Below, piece by piece: positions 47,050 to 56,384 of a stretch of DNA of 64,000 nt (position 1 is the first letter of the stretch; each line of letters starts with the position of its first letter). Both the position numbers and the translations under genes were made by a program. Location: positions 46,112 through 110,111 of the forward strand of contig CAYWHP010000002.1 in NCBI GenBank assembly GCA_964457845.1, in the 5' to 3' direction. The DNA is from an uncultured Porphyromonadaceae bacterium (GTDB lineage Bacteria; Bacteroidota; Bacteroidia; Bacteroidales; UBA12481). The notes beneath the pieces were generated by a model. It was given only the letters and a program-made list of their open reading frames with translations. It was not told where the DNA came from and did no database searches.

Positions 47050-48468
47050 ATGGAAAAGTACAAAATCTATGCCGCCGGCCGATTCACTGATACAGAACAT
47101 ACTTTGGAGGTGCGGCGTCCATGGGATGGCAAGGTATTCGCGCAGACAGGAATTGCAAGCAGGGAAATACTTGATATGGCAATCGTTAAGGCCATTAATG
47201 CGACTGAGGAAATGAAGGCTTTGCCAGCCTATAAAAGGAGCGCAATACTGTTAAAAATTGCGGAAGGAATGACCGTAAAAAGATCCTTGCTGGCGTCTAC
47301 CCTCTGTCAGGAAGCCGGTAAGCCCTGGAAATTTTCGGTTGCCGAGGTTGACCGTGCCATACAGGTGTTCCGTGTTGCAGCGGAGGAGGCCCGGAGAATT
47401 CCCGGTGAGTACTTGTCGATTGACTGGACAGCAGCCGGTCACGGCAAAGAGGGACTGGTCAGGTATTTTCCAATCGGGCTGACGGCTGCAATCTCCCCTT
47501 TCAATTTTCCCTTGAACCTTTCGTGTCATAAGCTGGCACCTGCCATAGCAGCCGGAAACCCTGTCATCCTGAAGCCGGCCTCCCAAACACCGGTTACTGT
47601 GTTGGAACTGGCTGCCATAATAGATGAATGCGGACTTCCCGAAGGGGCCTTGTCGATCCTGCCCATGACCCGTGAGGTTGGAAGCCAGCTTGTAACCGAT
47701 CCGCGCATCCGGCTGATTACCTTCACCGGATCGCCGGAAGTTGGCTGGAAGATGAAGCAGGAATGCGGGCGGAAACGAATCGTTCTGGAACTTGGTGGTA
47801 ATGCCGGAGTAGTAGTTTCGGACAGTGCTGACCTGGAGCTGGCAGTTAAGAAATGTGTTGCAGGGGGGTTCGCCTATTCGGGCCAGGTCTGTATCCATGT
47901 TCAACGGATATTTGTTGCTGAAGCGTTATTTACAGCATTCACCGATCAGTTTATCGCGGCATCGGGCAAGCTCAGAATGGGAGACCCGATGGATCCTGAA
48001 ACAGACATTTCTTCGATGATTGATGAAAGCAATGCCTGCCGTGTGGAAGAATGGATCGGTGAAGCTGTTCTGGGAGGAGCGAGGGTTTTATCCGGTGGAA
48101 AGCGATCCGGCACCTGGTTTGAACCCACTGTTATAACCGGAACGGCCGGGGGGATGAAAGTGAATGACCTTGAAGTTTTTGGTCCTGTGGTTTGTATCGA
48201 ACCGGTTCGGGATTTCTCCGAGGGTATATCCCGTGTTAATGATTCCGTTTATGGCCTTCAGGCCGGTGTTTTTACCAACAGAATAGATGAAATGAACGAG
48301 GCTTTCTCCCGGCTTGAAGTTGGAGGGGTAATTGTAAACGATGTGCCCACCTTCCGGGTTGATCACATGCCCTACGGGGGAGTAAAGCAATCCGGCTTTG
48401 GCAGGGAAGGCGTTAAATATGCCATTTTGGATATGATGGAACCGCGGCTTTTAGTAAAAAATGTGTAA
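47050..48468 (+). CDS. NAD(P)-dependent aldehyde dehydrogenase family protein
   Basis: From ATG 47050 (MEKYKIYAAGRF...), 472 aa. Catalytic contexts are LELGGNAG (Glu) and YSGQVCIHVQR (Cys). The track ORF start at 46873 overlaps the opposite-strand gene and is spurious. Confidence 0.88.
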   Translation: MEKYKIYAAGRFTDTEHTLEVRRPWDGKVFAQTGIASREILDMAIVKAINATEEMKALPAYKRSAILLKIAEGMTVKRSLLASTLCQEAGKPWKFSVAEVDRAIQVFRVAAEEARRIPGEYLSIDWTAAGHGKEGLVRYFPIGLTAAISPFNFPLNLSCHKLAPAIAAGNPVILKPASQTPVTVLELAAIIDECGLPEGALSILPMTREVGSQLVTDPRIRLITFTGSPEVGWKMKQECGRKRIVLELGGNAGVVVSDSADLELAVKKCVAGGFAYSGQVCIHVQRIFVAEALFTAFTDQFIAASGKLRMGDPMDPETDISSMIDESNACRVEEWIGEAVLGGARVLSGGKRSGTWFEPTVITGTAGGMKVNDLEVFGPVVCIEPVRDFSEGISRVNDSVYGLQAGVFTNRIDEMNEAFSRLEVGGVIVNDVPTFRVDHMPYGGVKQSGFGREGVKYAILDMMEPRLLVKNV

Positions 48469-48517
48469 AAGCAATTGTAAGGGTATCTTCAACAATATGA
48501 TAACGGATTATTTTATT

Positions 48518-51349
48518 ATGAAAAAGAGATTATTCATTTCGGCGGTTACTTTAGTGATAGCCTCCTTTAGTTTTGCTCAGATCACGAAAAAGCCTGTCGA
48601 CTTCACCCTGTATGACAGCTGGAAATCATTGTCGGGGCAACAGGTGTCGGATGACGGCAATTGGCTTGCATGGACCATTAGTCCGCTGGAAGGTGACGGG
48701 ACGCTTTTTTTATCTGCCTGGGGTACTCCAACGGATAAGAAGGTGTTTGTCAGGGGCAGCCAGCCAAATTTCGCACCCAATTCTGAATTTATTGCTTTCC
48801 GGATCAATCCTCAGGCCGACACGGTACGCAAGGCAAAGCTCAACAAGGTGAAACCTGAAAAGATGCCCAAGGATACCCTCGGAATCTTTATCCTGAAAAC
48901 AGATCAGTTGCTGAAATATGCGAATATCAAATCCTTTAAGGTAGCCGAAGAGGCAACGCCGTGGATCGCTTTCCAAACTGAGGAGGCAAAGCCTGAAGCA
49001 AAGCCTGAAAAGAAGGACTCATCAGCAGCCGGGAAAAAGGATGAGAAGCAGAAGAAGAAACCGGAATTCAATGGACAGCCGTTAATCGTGATGAACCCGT
49101 TGACACGCGATTCGCAGAATTTTCAATATGTTACCGAATACGCTTTTTCCAAGCACGGTAACTGGCTCTATATGGTTAGTATAAAGGAAGATTCCCTTAA
49201 GGTATCAACAGTAACTGTTTTTGATACCCGGACCGGTAGCGCCAGAGATATCTGGACTCAGAAAGGGGTTGTCAAATCGATTCTTGCAGACGAGGCAGGC
49301 GGGCAATTGGCTTTTTTGTTTTCCACCGATACTGCCAAACAAAAGAATTATGATCTCTATTATTGGGCGGAGAAGGATAACCAGCCTCGTCTCGCAGTTG
49401 GGTCCGGAACGCAGGGAATGCGTGAGGGCAGGGTAGTCAGTGAGAATGGCCGGCTGAGCTTTTCACCAAACGGACAACGGCTCTTCTTTTCAACAGCTGC
49501 GCGGGTTGTCAGCAAAAAGGAGGAGAAAGACACACTTACGGCAGACGACAAGGTTTCGGTTGATATCTGGCACTGGCAGGAAGATGTTTTGCAAAGTGTC
49601 CAGATAAAACAGGCTGATCAGGACAGAAAACAATCTTATCAGGCTGTTTATACGATCAGGAAGAATCAGGTCCTGCAACTCGGGGATTCTCTGTTTATTG
49701 AAAATTACCGGCTTGTTAAGCAGGGCGATTCCGACATGGCACTTGGGGTTTTCGACAAGCCCTACCGCCTGAACAATTCCCTAAACTCCGCAAGTACCAA
49801 GGATGTTTATTTGCTTGATCTCAACAACGGGGGGGTGGTTAAAATCTTCGACCGGATAGAAGTGAGCCCTCAACTTTCACCACTTGGCAAATATCTCTAC
49901 TGGTGGCAGCCGGCCGACAGTTCCTGGTACTGTTATCAGATTAAGGATAAAACACTTAAGAACCTTACCCGCGGATTGCCGGTGGATTTTACGCTGGATA
50001 CGCATGATACACCCGATGAGCCGGGAAGTTACGGAGCCATGGGGTGGACCGACAATGATGAGAATTATTTCCTGTATGATAAATACGATATATGGAAGCT
50101 TGATCCGGATGGCAAAAAGGATCCGATTTGTTTAACGGGAGGCTATGGAAGGAAGAACGACATTTCGATCCGGTACCAATCAGTGGATATCGAAGAAAAA
50201 TACCTTGATCCGAAGAAGGATTATCTTTTCAGTGTCAGACAGACACTAACGAAGAAGTCGGGCTTTTGCCGGTTTTCGCTCAACAGGCCGGAAATCAGGA
50301 TGATCAAGCTGGAGGATTGTTCCTATGGTCGGGTTACCAAGGCAAAGAATGCTGAAAAACTCTTATGGACCCGCAGCACGGTGAGTGAATATCCCGACTT
50401 CTGGACCAGCGATGCTGAATTCCGGGAAGGCAGAAAAATAAGCAACACAAATCCGGAACAATCCCAATACTTATGGGCAGCTGCTGAATTGGTTGATTGG
50501 ATCGACCTTGATGGAATCACCCATCAGGGGCTGCTGTATATACCCGAAAACCTTGATGTTTCAAAGAAATACCCAATGATCGTTTATTTCTACGAACGCC
50601 ATTCGGATGGATTGCACACTTATTATGGCCCGAGGGCGAGTGCAAGCACAGTTAACCCGCTGGAGTATGCTTCAAACGGATATCTGGTATTTATGCCGGA
50701 TATACTTTTCAAGACAGGATTGCCGGGCAAATCATTTTATAATGCGATCATGAGCGGAATTCTTGAACTGGGTAAGCGTCCGTACATCGACATGAAGCAT
50801 CTGGGTATTCAGGGTCAAAGCTGGGGCGGGTACGGTACCGCCTACATGATTACCCAAACGGGTATTTTCGCGGCGGCCTCGCCGGGTGCACCGGTCAGCA
50901 ACATGACATCGGCTTATGGGGGTATCCGTACCGAAAGTGGTATGGTACGCCAGTTCCAATACGAGAAAACCCAAAGCCGGATTGGTGGAACATTATGGGA
51001 AAAGCCTGAGTATTTCATTGAAAACAGTCCGCTCTTTTATGCTGACCGCATTACAACACCTTGTCTGATACGTCATGATGATGCTGACGGGGCAGTTCCG
51101 TTTGCTGAAGGAGTACAACTCTTTGTTGCCCTGAGGCGCCTCGGAAAACCTGCATGGCTTGTGAATTACAACGGTCAGCCGCATAATTTGTCAAGATTGG
51201 CCGACAAGAAGGACTGGTCGGTTAGGATGATGCAGTTTTTTGACCATTATCTGAAGGGCGCACCGGCGCCTCTGTGGATGACTAAAGGAGTAAGTGCGGT
51301 AGATAAGAAAGGAAGCGAAACCTGGTACTGGAAGTATACGGAGAAATAG
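48518..51349 (+). CDS. S9-family prolyl oligopeptidase/dipeptidyl-peptidase-like serine hydrolase with N-terminal beta-propeller region
   Basis: Signal peptide from ATG 48518 (MKKRLFISAVTLVIASFSFAQ). The C-terminal alpha/beta-hydrolase domain has GIQGQSWGGYG (GxSxGG nucleophile), HDDADGAVP (Asp) and GQPHNL (His). Confidence 0.82.
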   Translation: MKKRLFISAVTLVIASFSFAQITKKPVDFTLYDSWKSLSGQQVSDDGNWLAWTISPLEGDGTLFLSAWGTPTDKKVFVRGSQPNFAPNSEFIAFRINPQADTVRKAKLNKVKPEKMPKDTLGIFILKTDQLLKYANIKSFKVAEEATPWIAFQTEEAKPEAKPEKKDSSAAGKKDEKQKKKPEFNGQPLIVMNPLTRDSQNFQYVTEYAFSKHGNWLYMVSIKEDSLKVSTVTVFDTRTGSARDIWTQKGVVKSILADEAGGQLAFLFSTDTAKQKNYDLYYWAEKDNQPRLAVGSGTQGMREGRVVSENGRLSFSPNGQRLFFSTAARVVSKKEEKDTLTADDKVSVDIWHWQEDVLQSVQIKQADQDRKQSYQAVYTIRKNQVLQLGDSLFIENYRLVKQGDSDMALGVFDKPYRLNNSLNSASTKDVYLLDLNNGGVVKIFDRIEVSPQLSPLGKYLYWWQPADSSWYCYQIKDKTLKNLTRGLPVDFTLDTHDTPDEPGSYGAMGWTDNDENYFLYDKYDIWKLDPDGKKDPICLTGGYGRKNDISIRYQSVDIEEKYLDPKKDYLFSVRQTLTKKSGFCRFSLNRPEIRMIKLEDCSYGRVTKAKNAEKLLWTRSTVSEYPDFWTSDAEFREGRKISNTNPEQSQYLWAAAELVDWIDLDGITHQGLLYIPENLDVSKKYPMIVYFYERHSDGLHTYYGPRASASTVNPLEYASNGYLVFMPDILFKTGLPGKSFYNAIMSGILELGKRPYIDMKHLGIQGQSWGGYGTAYMITQTGIFAAASPGAPVSNMTSAYGGIRTESGMVRQFQYEKTQSRIGGTLWEKPEYFIENSPLFYADRITTPCLIRHDDADGAVPFAEGVQLFVALRRLGKPAWLVNYNGQPHNLSRLADKKDWSVRMMQFFDHYLKGAPAPLWMTKGVSAVDKKGSETWYWKYTEK

Positions 51350-51352
51350 AAT

Positions 51353-52090
51353 ATGTGTGTTTTCACATCACTTCGGGCCGACAAGGCGAAACTGGAAAAG
51401 CGGTTTGATGCCACTCTTGTTGAGGAGGAGAGTTTCGGCCCGAAGTATGTGCAAAATGCTTTTGAATTTCCAAAATGGCCGGTTATAACCGGGATTAATC
51501 CGCAAAACATAAGGTTGATGAATTGGGGCCTAATCCCTGGTTGGATGAAAGATCGGGAATCGGCGCTGAAGTTTCGGGCCAATACGGTCAATGCAAGGGC
51601 TGAAACGATCCATGAAAAGCCGGCTTTTCGGGTTGCTGCTGAAGCAAAGCATTGCCTGGTTCTGGCAGATGGTTTCTTTGAGTTTCGCGAGGTTGAGGGA
51701 GCGAAGTTTCCCTATTATATCCGGTTAAAGGGGGGGGCTCCTTTTGCCATGGCCGGACTATATGACCAATGGGTTGATCCTGATTCCGGTAATGAGCTGT
51801 ATGGGTTTTCCATTATCACAACTGCCGCAAATCCATTAATGGAGATGATCCATAACCGCAAGAAGCGTATGCCGGCCATACTGCCGGTACAAATGGAGCG
51901 TGATTGGTTGGTAACAGGCAGCCAGGCCGATGCATTGCTTATCCCCTTGGATGAGCAAATAATGGAAGCGTGGACAGTTACGCGGAAGATAACCGATAAA
52001 GGGATTGGCGGAGGATCTCCTTCAATGCTGGATCCTGTTGATTATCCCGAGATTCGGGGCAGCGGGTATTCGCAGGGATTCTTGTTTTGA
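51353..52090 (+). CDS. SOS response-associated peptidase (SRAP/YedK, abasic-site sensor)
   Basis: N-terminal Met-Cys (MCVF...), WGLIPGW, NARAET, CLVLADGFFEF, FAMAGLYD and RMPAIL motifs typical of SRAP. Starts 3 nt after the S9 peptidase stop. Confidence 0.8.
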   Translation: MCVFTSLRADKAKLEKRFDATLVEEESFGPKYVQNAFEFPKWPVITGINPQNIRLMNWGLIPGWMKDRESALKFRANTVNARAETIHEKPAFRVAAEAKHCLVLADGFFEFREVEGAKFPYYIRLKGGAPFAMAGLYDQWVDPDSGNELYGFSIITTAANPLMEMIHNRKKRMPAILPVQMERDWLVTGSQADALLIPLDEQIMEAWTVTRKITDKGIGGGSPSMLDPVDYPEIRGSGYSQGFLF

Positions 52091-52093
52091 AGG

Positions 52094-52639
52094 TTAAAGC
52101 TCGATAGTGCCTTCTTCGAAGTCCTTGTATTTTGATGATAGCATCGCGATCATGACACGCAGTGTTTCCATGGCTTCGGCCGTATCAGCAGATACTGGAC
52201 GTTTCTTCATCTTCATCAGCATCAACCCGTATAAAACAGTCAGGCATACCTCTATGTCTCCGATTTTATCTTTGTTTACCATCTTTTTCCTGAAATCACC
52301 GATGTTGTAAACGGCATCCTCGTACAGAACACGGTAGTCGGAGTGATGGGGGCTGTCGATCAGGCGGAAATGGAAATCATTCAAGTCTTCGAGAAGACCA
52401 ACCAGAAATGCCAGATGGCCCGTAACGGTAATTTGTTCGGATTTCATCGAATCGATTAATCCATCGTACCAAAGCTGAATATCATTCCTGATTTCCGGTT
52501 CAGCAATATATTGGTCGGCCAGTTCCTTCCTGATCCTCTCCCTGTTAAAATCAAATGCCCTGATCAGGTCTTCTATCTGCCACATATATAATATGTATTC
52601 GGCAATATTCTCGGCTCTTTTTTGTTGGGAAACAATCAT
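52094..52639 (-). CDS. Conserved hypothetical cytoplasmic protein (I recall similar Bacteroidota proteins being filed as DUF4924; unverified)
   Basis: 181 aa, MIVSQQKRAENIAEYILYMWQIEDLIRAF... Last gene of the HK-RR-S4 unit, with an 11-nt gap. Confidence 0.5.
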   Translation of the reverse strand: MIVSQQKRAENIAEYILYMWQIEDLIRAFDFNRERIRKELADQYIAEPEIRNDIQLWYDGLIDSMKSEQITVTGHLAFLVGLLEDLNDFHFRLIDSPHHSDYRVLYEDAVYNIGDFRKKMVNKDKIGDIEVCLTVLYGLMLMKMKKRPVSADTAEAMETLRVMIAMLSSKYKDFEEGTIEL

Positions 52640-52650
52640 AGTTGAAACGG

Positions 52651-53040
52651 TTATTCTGAAAAATCAGGGAACTCATAGCTCTCCAGGTCGCGTCGGTCTT
52701 TCTTTGTTGGACGGCCCGTTCCACGGTCTCTTACGTAGAAGGCACTTTCCAGTGACTGCCTTACCTTTTCCATCTCTTCCGGTGGTGTAAGGTTGACGGC
52801 ATTCTGAGCGGCGATTACTGCCGAACCTCTTTTCTCGAGGAGGCCAGTCACCTTGTAAGTCAATGAAAGCGGAGGTTTGCGAACCACAATAATATCGCCG
52901 ATGCGAATGGTACGGCTCGGTTTGACGGATTCCTCCTGTATCTGTACCCGGCCACGTTTGCAGAAGTCGGTTGCCAGACTTCGGGATTTAAAAATCCTTA
53001 CTGCCCAGAGCCACTTATCAATTCTGACCCCTTCGCTCAC
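52651..53040 (-). CDS. hslR: S4-domain RNA-binding protein, Hsp15 (HslR)-like
   Basis: RIDKWLWAVRIFKSRSLATDFCKRGRVQI (S4 alpha-L motif), 129 aa. The GTG start overlaps the response-regulator stop (GTGA). Confidence 0.78.
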   Translation of the reverse strand: MSEGVRIDKWLWAVRIFKSRSLATDFCKRGRVQIQEESVKPSRTIRIGDIIVVRKPPLSLTYKVTGLLEKRGSAVIAAQNAVNLTPPEEMEKVRQSLESAFYVRDRGTGRPTKKDRRDLESYEFPDFSE

Positions 53041-53738
53041 TTTTCCTTAATTTCAAGCTTAAATCCTGTACCATGTATATTGACGATATTGATCGCCGGA
53101 TCTGATTTCAGGTAGCTGCGAAGTTTGGCGATATAGACATCCATACTTCTACCCATAAAGTAATCATCAGAACCCCAAATATTTAAAAGAATTTGCTCGC
53201 GTCTGACCAGCTCGTTGACATTCTGACAAAGCATTTGTAGTACCATGGCTTCTTTTTTTGTAAGCCTTCGCTCATCGCCATGAAGCTGGAGAAGTTGGTT
53301 TGGGAAATCAAAAATGACAGAGCCGATAGTAAAGATATCCTTTTTGATGGCATCGGTTGCTTTGCCGAGTCGACGAAGTATTATATCGATTCTGAGTTTG
53401 AGCTCTTCCGTGCTGAATGGTTTGGTTATGTAGTCGTCGGCTCCCATTTTCAAACCACGGATGCGGTCGGCTTCGAGCCCGCGTGCCGTCAGAAACAGAA
53501 ACGGGGTACCCGGTTTGATCTGCTGAATGTTTTCCGCTAATGTAAAACCGTCCTTAAGCGGCAGCATGATATCGAGAATGCATAGGTCGAATGTTTTGGT
53601 TTTGAATGCATTGAGGCCTGTCATTCCATTTTTCTCCCATGTCACCCTGAAGCCCTCGAGGTCGAGGAAATCCTGAAGCATAAAACCCAGGTTGAAATCA
53701 TCCTCAACAAGCAGAATTTCGGCCTTTATTGTTTTCAT
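53037..53738 (-). CDS. OmpR/PhoB-family two-component response regulator
   Basis: Receiver domain (ILLVEDD, DLCILDIMLP, TARG) plus winged-helix C-terminus (LTKKEAMVLQML...YIAKLRSYL). Confidence 0.9.
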   Translation of the reverse strand: MKTIKAEILLVEDDFNLGFMLQDFLDLEGFRVTWEKNGMTGLNAFKTKTFDLCILDIMLPLKDGFTLAENIQQIKPGTPFLFLTARGLEADRIRGLKMGADDYITKPFSTEELKLRIDIILRRLGKATDAIKKDIFTIGSVIFDFPNQLLQLHGDERRLTKKEAMVLQMLCQNVNELVRREQILLNIWGSDDYFMGRSMDVYIAKLRSYLKSDPAINIVNIHGTGFKLEIKEK

Positions 53739-55003
53739 ACCGGTAAAGTTATTATAAACCGTGATCCGTTCCCGGGTTCGCTTTTTACCGTGATATGTCC
53801 GCTGTGAGCTTCGATCATGGTTTTTACATAATACAATCCGATCCCGGTCCCTTTCACGTTATGAAGATTCCCGGTTGGAACGCGATAGAACTTCTCGAAA
53901 ATATGCTTTTGGGCTTCTGCGGTGATTCCAATACCATTGTCGCGGAATTCAATCACAAAACTGTTTTCACGTATTTCGGTCGAGATAGTGATTCGAGGTT
54001 CGGCTGCGGAATATTTCTGAGCGTTATCGATAAGGTTGTGAATGATATTGGTGAAGTGGATCGGATCGATAAACAACTCTGACCTTTCGGCTTTGAAATC
54101 CATTTCAACAATGGCTCCTTCGCGGCATTCCTCGAGACAGATGGTGTCGACGGCATCCTTTACCAGCTCATGAATATCGGTGAGCTGCCGTTCGATTTTC
54201 ATGTCTTCGCGGTTTCTGACAGCCACCTGGAGTATCCGGTCAACCTGCGATCTCATTCTTCTGTTCTCCTGACTGATGATATCAATGTATCGGTGCAGCC
54301 TGTCCGGATTTTCATTTATGCTCGGGCGTTTCAGCACTTCACATGCCAGAGAGATATTTGATATAGGGGTTTTGAATTCATGTGTCATGTTGTTGATGAA
54401 GTCGTTACGCATTTCCGTCACCTTTTTTTGCCGGACGATGGTTAAAACGATATAGGCAAAGCACATGATTACCACGAGGAGAAAGACCACTGAGGCAAGA
54501 AGCCATATGATCATATCCTTTATTATTAGTTGACGCGGTTGGTTGAATCGGACCTCCATGCGGTGGCTTTCCTTGTGGTGCAGGCATGAGAGGCTTATCT
54601 TGTGCGACGAGCTTGGGTGTTTTGACCTGAGTTTGCCGGTTTTCTCGAACAGGACTTTTCCGCTTGAGCAATTGATCACTTTAAACTCAAATATGGTATC
54701 CAGGCCATGGTAATCGAAGTGGACCCTCAGTAAAGAGTCCATGCTGGCCGGTTCCAGATTAATGAACATGCTATCGGCATTGACGGGCACGCTCATGCAG
54801 CCGCAGGTAACATCGCAGGGTTTTCCCTGATGCTTTTGAACATATTCATCCAGAGAGCCTTGAAGGGCAATTGTCACACGGCTGTTGAACTGTTCTTCAC
54901 CAAGTTTCAGTGCATTATTAATCCAAAAAAGCTGGGTTACGATCAACCCGATCAGTGAGATGGCCGAGGCGAGTATGATCCAGCGTATCGTAATCCTTTT
55001 CAT
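53735..55003 (-). CDS. Sensor histidine kinase (two TM segments, HisKA plus HATPase_c)
   Basis: H-box MTHEFKTPISNI, N-box NLIDNAQKY, G1 DNGIGI, G2 GTGIGLYYVK. The stop overlaps the RR start (ATGA). Confidence 0.9.
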   Translation of the reverse strand: MKRITIRWIILASAISLIGLIVTQLFWINNALKLGEEQFNSRVTIALQGSLDEYVQKHQGKPCDVTCGCMSVPVNADSMFINLEPASMDSLLRVHFDYHGLDTIFEFKVINCSSGKVLFEKTGKLRSKHPSSSHKISLSCLHHKESHRMEVRFNQPRQLIIKDMIIWLLASVVFLLVVIMCFAYIVLTIVRQKKVTEMRNDFINNMTHEFKTPISNISLACEVLKRPSINENPDRLHRYIDIISQENRRMRSQVDRILQVAVRNREDMKIERQLTDIHELVKDAVDTICLEECREGAIVEMDFKAERSELFIDPIHFTNIIHNLIDNAQKYSAAEPRITISTEIRENSFVIEFRDNGIGITAEAQKHIFEKFYRVPTGNLHNVKGTGIGLYYVKTMIEAHSGHITVKSEPGNGSRFIITLPV

Positions 55004-55019
55004 ATAGACGAATTTTGAC

Positions 55020-55027
55020 CAAAGATA
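55020..55027 (-). promoter_or_regulatory. Candidate -7 promoter box TAtcTTTG for the HK-RR-hslR unit
   Basis: Plus-strand caaagata, 17 nt upstream of ATG 55003. Confidence 0.35.
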
Positions 55028-55097
55028 GAGTAAGCGTTCGATGCTTATCCTTTGTTAACAGGATTTTAACAGCAGGGAACCGTCAGGTGACAGAAGG

Positions 55098-55664
55098 TCA
55101 GGGCCTGGTATTGTAAATATTCATTGTCCGGTCGATACCCGTGAAGACGAAGCTCTTAATGATCTCACCGGCGGTTTTTAGTTTTTCCGGCAAAAGGGAC
55201 TTTTCTTCCTGGAGCCACTCCCCCAAAACGTAATCGACCTGGTTATAATTCTTTCCCTGGCTTCCGATTCCGAACCGCAGCCTGGCGTAATCTTCGTGGC
55301 CCATCACCTGATTGATGTGCTTAAGGCCATTGTGACCGCCATCACCTCCCTTTTTACGAAGGCGAAGCTGCCCGAATGGCAAAGCCAGATCATCTAAGAC
55401 AACGAGAAGGTTCTGGTCTTCGATTTCCTCCTTCTGCAGCCAATACCGAACAGCATTACCGCTGAGGTTAACATAGGTTGAAGGTTTCAGTAAGATCAGG
55501 GTGCGAGCCTTATATCGGAATTCGGCTACATCACCATACCTGCCGGGCTTAAAAACAACATTGGACGCCTCAGAAAAGGCGTCCAATATTGAAAATCCGA
55601 TATTATGCCGGGTATTGGTATATTCCTGGCCAATATTTCCGAGACCGGTGATCAGATATTTCAC
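55098..55664 (-). CDS. pth: Peptidyl-tRNA hydrolase
   Basis: (GTG)[23 protein letters not shown]... and GHNGLKH motif, 188 aa. Confidence 0.94.
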   Translation of the reverse strand: MKYLITGLGNIGQEYTNTRHNIGFSILDAFSEASNVVFKPGRYGDVAEFRYKARTLILLKPSTYVNLSGNAVRYWLQKEEIEDQNLLVVLDDLALPFGQLRLRKKGGDGGHNGLKHINQVMGHEDYARLRFGIGSQGKNYNQVDYVLGEWLQEEKSLLPEKLKTAGEIIKSFVFTGIDRTMNIYNTRP

Positions 55665-55691
55665 CAGGCGATTTTTGAGATTATGACCTGA

Positions 55692-56270
55692 TTATTTCTC
55701 AGGAGCGGCATCAGCTGCGCCTTTGGCTGCACGTGTGGTTTTCACGGAAGCGAGCACTGCATTTCGCGGATCGAGAATGGTGAAATTTGCCGGACTAAGA
55801 TCGCGAACCTTCAGCGACTGGCCAACCTCGAGTGAGGTGACATCGATAAGCAGTTCGTCGGGGAGCTCATTAATGAGACCACGAACGGTTACCCGACGCA
55901 TTTCCATTTTCAGTTTACCACCCTGCTGAACACCTTTTGCAAAACCTTCGAGGCGAACGGGAATTCCGACGCTAACCGGTTTGTCATTTGCAATTTTCAG
56001 GAAATCAATGTGGAGAAGGCGGTCAGAAACCGGATGAAACTGCGTGTCCTGCATGATGGCCGGGTAAACCGTACCATCGATTTCAAGGTTAATCTGATAG
56101 GAGCTGGGGGTGTAAATTACCTGGCCATATTCCTTTTCATTACCGGTGAAATGGATGGGTTCACCTTCACCATAGAGAACGCAGGGAACAGATTCACTGT
56201 TGCGGACCGCTTTGGTCGCTTTTTTGCCCAACTCCTTGCGGAGGGTGCCTTTAAGATCGAATGTTTTCAT
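55692..56270 (-). CDS. rplY: 50S ribosomal protein L25 / general stress protein Ctc
   Basis: MKTFDLKGTLRKELGKKATKAVRNSESVPCVLYG... from ATG 56270 (the track start at 56276 is TTG), with an Ala/Lys-rich C-terminal tail. Confidence 0.92.
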   Translation of the reverse strand: MKTFDLKGTLRKELGKKATKAVRNSESVPCVLYGEGEPIHFTGNEKEYGQVIYTPSSYQINLEIDGTVYPAIMQDTQFHPVSDRLLHIDFLKIANDKPVSVGIPVRLEGFAKGVQQGGKLKMEMRRVTVRGLINELPDELLIDVTSLEVGQSLKVRDLSPANFTILDPRNAVLASVKTTRAAKGAADAAPEK

Positions 56271-56303
56271 TTGCAATAATTGTGCTACTCAGGACTGATC
56301 TGC

Positions 56304-56364
56304 TTTTAGCCGGATGATTGCAGAATCAGCCCCCCATTACACTTAAATTATGATCCGGCTAAAA
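56304..56364 (-). promoter_or_regulatory. Hairpin in the rplY 5' leader (perfect 12-bp stem, 37-nt loop)
   Basis: ttttagccggat (56304..56315) pairs with atccggctaaaa (56353..56364). It lies between the candidate -7 box and the rplY ATG, and no U-run follows in either orientation. Confidence 0.35.
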
Positions 56365-56372
56365 TAAGGGTG

Positions 56373-56380
56373 CAAATGTA
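56373..56380 (-). promoter_or_regulatory. Candidate -7 promoter box TAcaTTTG for rplY-pth
   Basis: Plus-strand caaatgta, just downstream of the prs stop and 103 nt upstream of ATG 56270. Confidence 0.35.
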
Positions 56381-56384
56381 GTAA

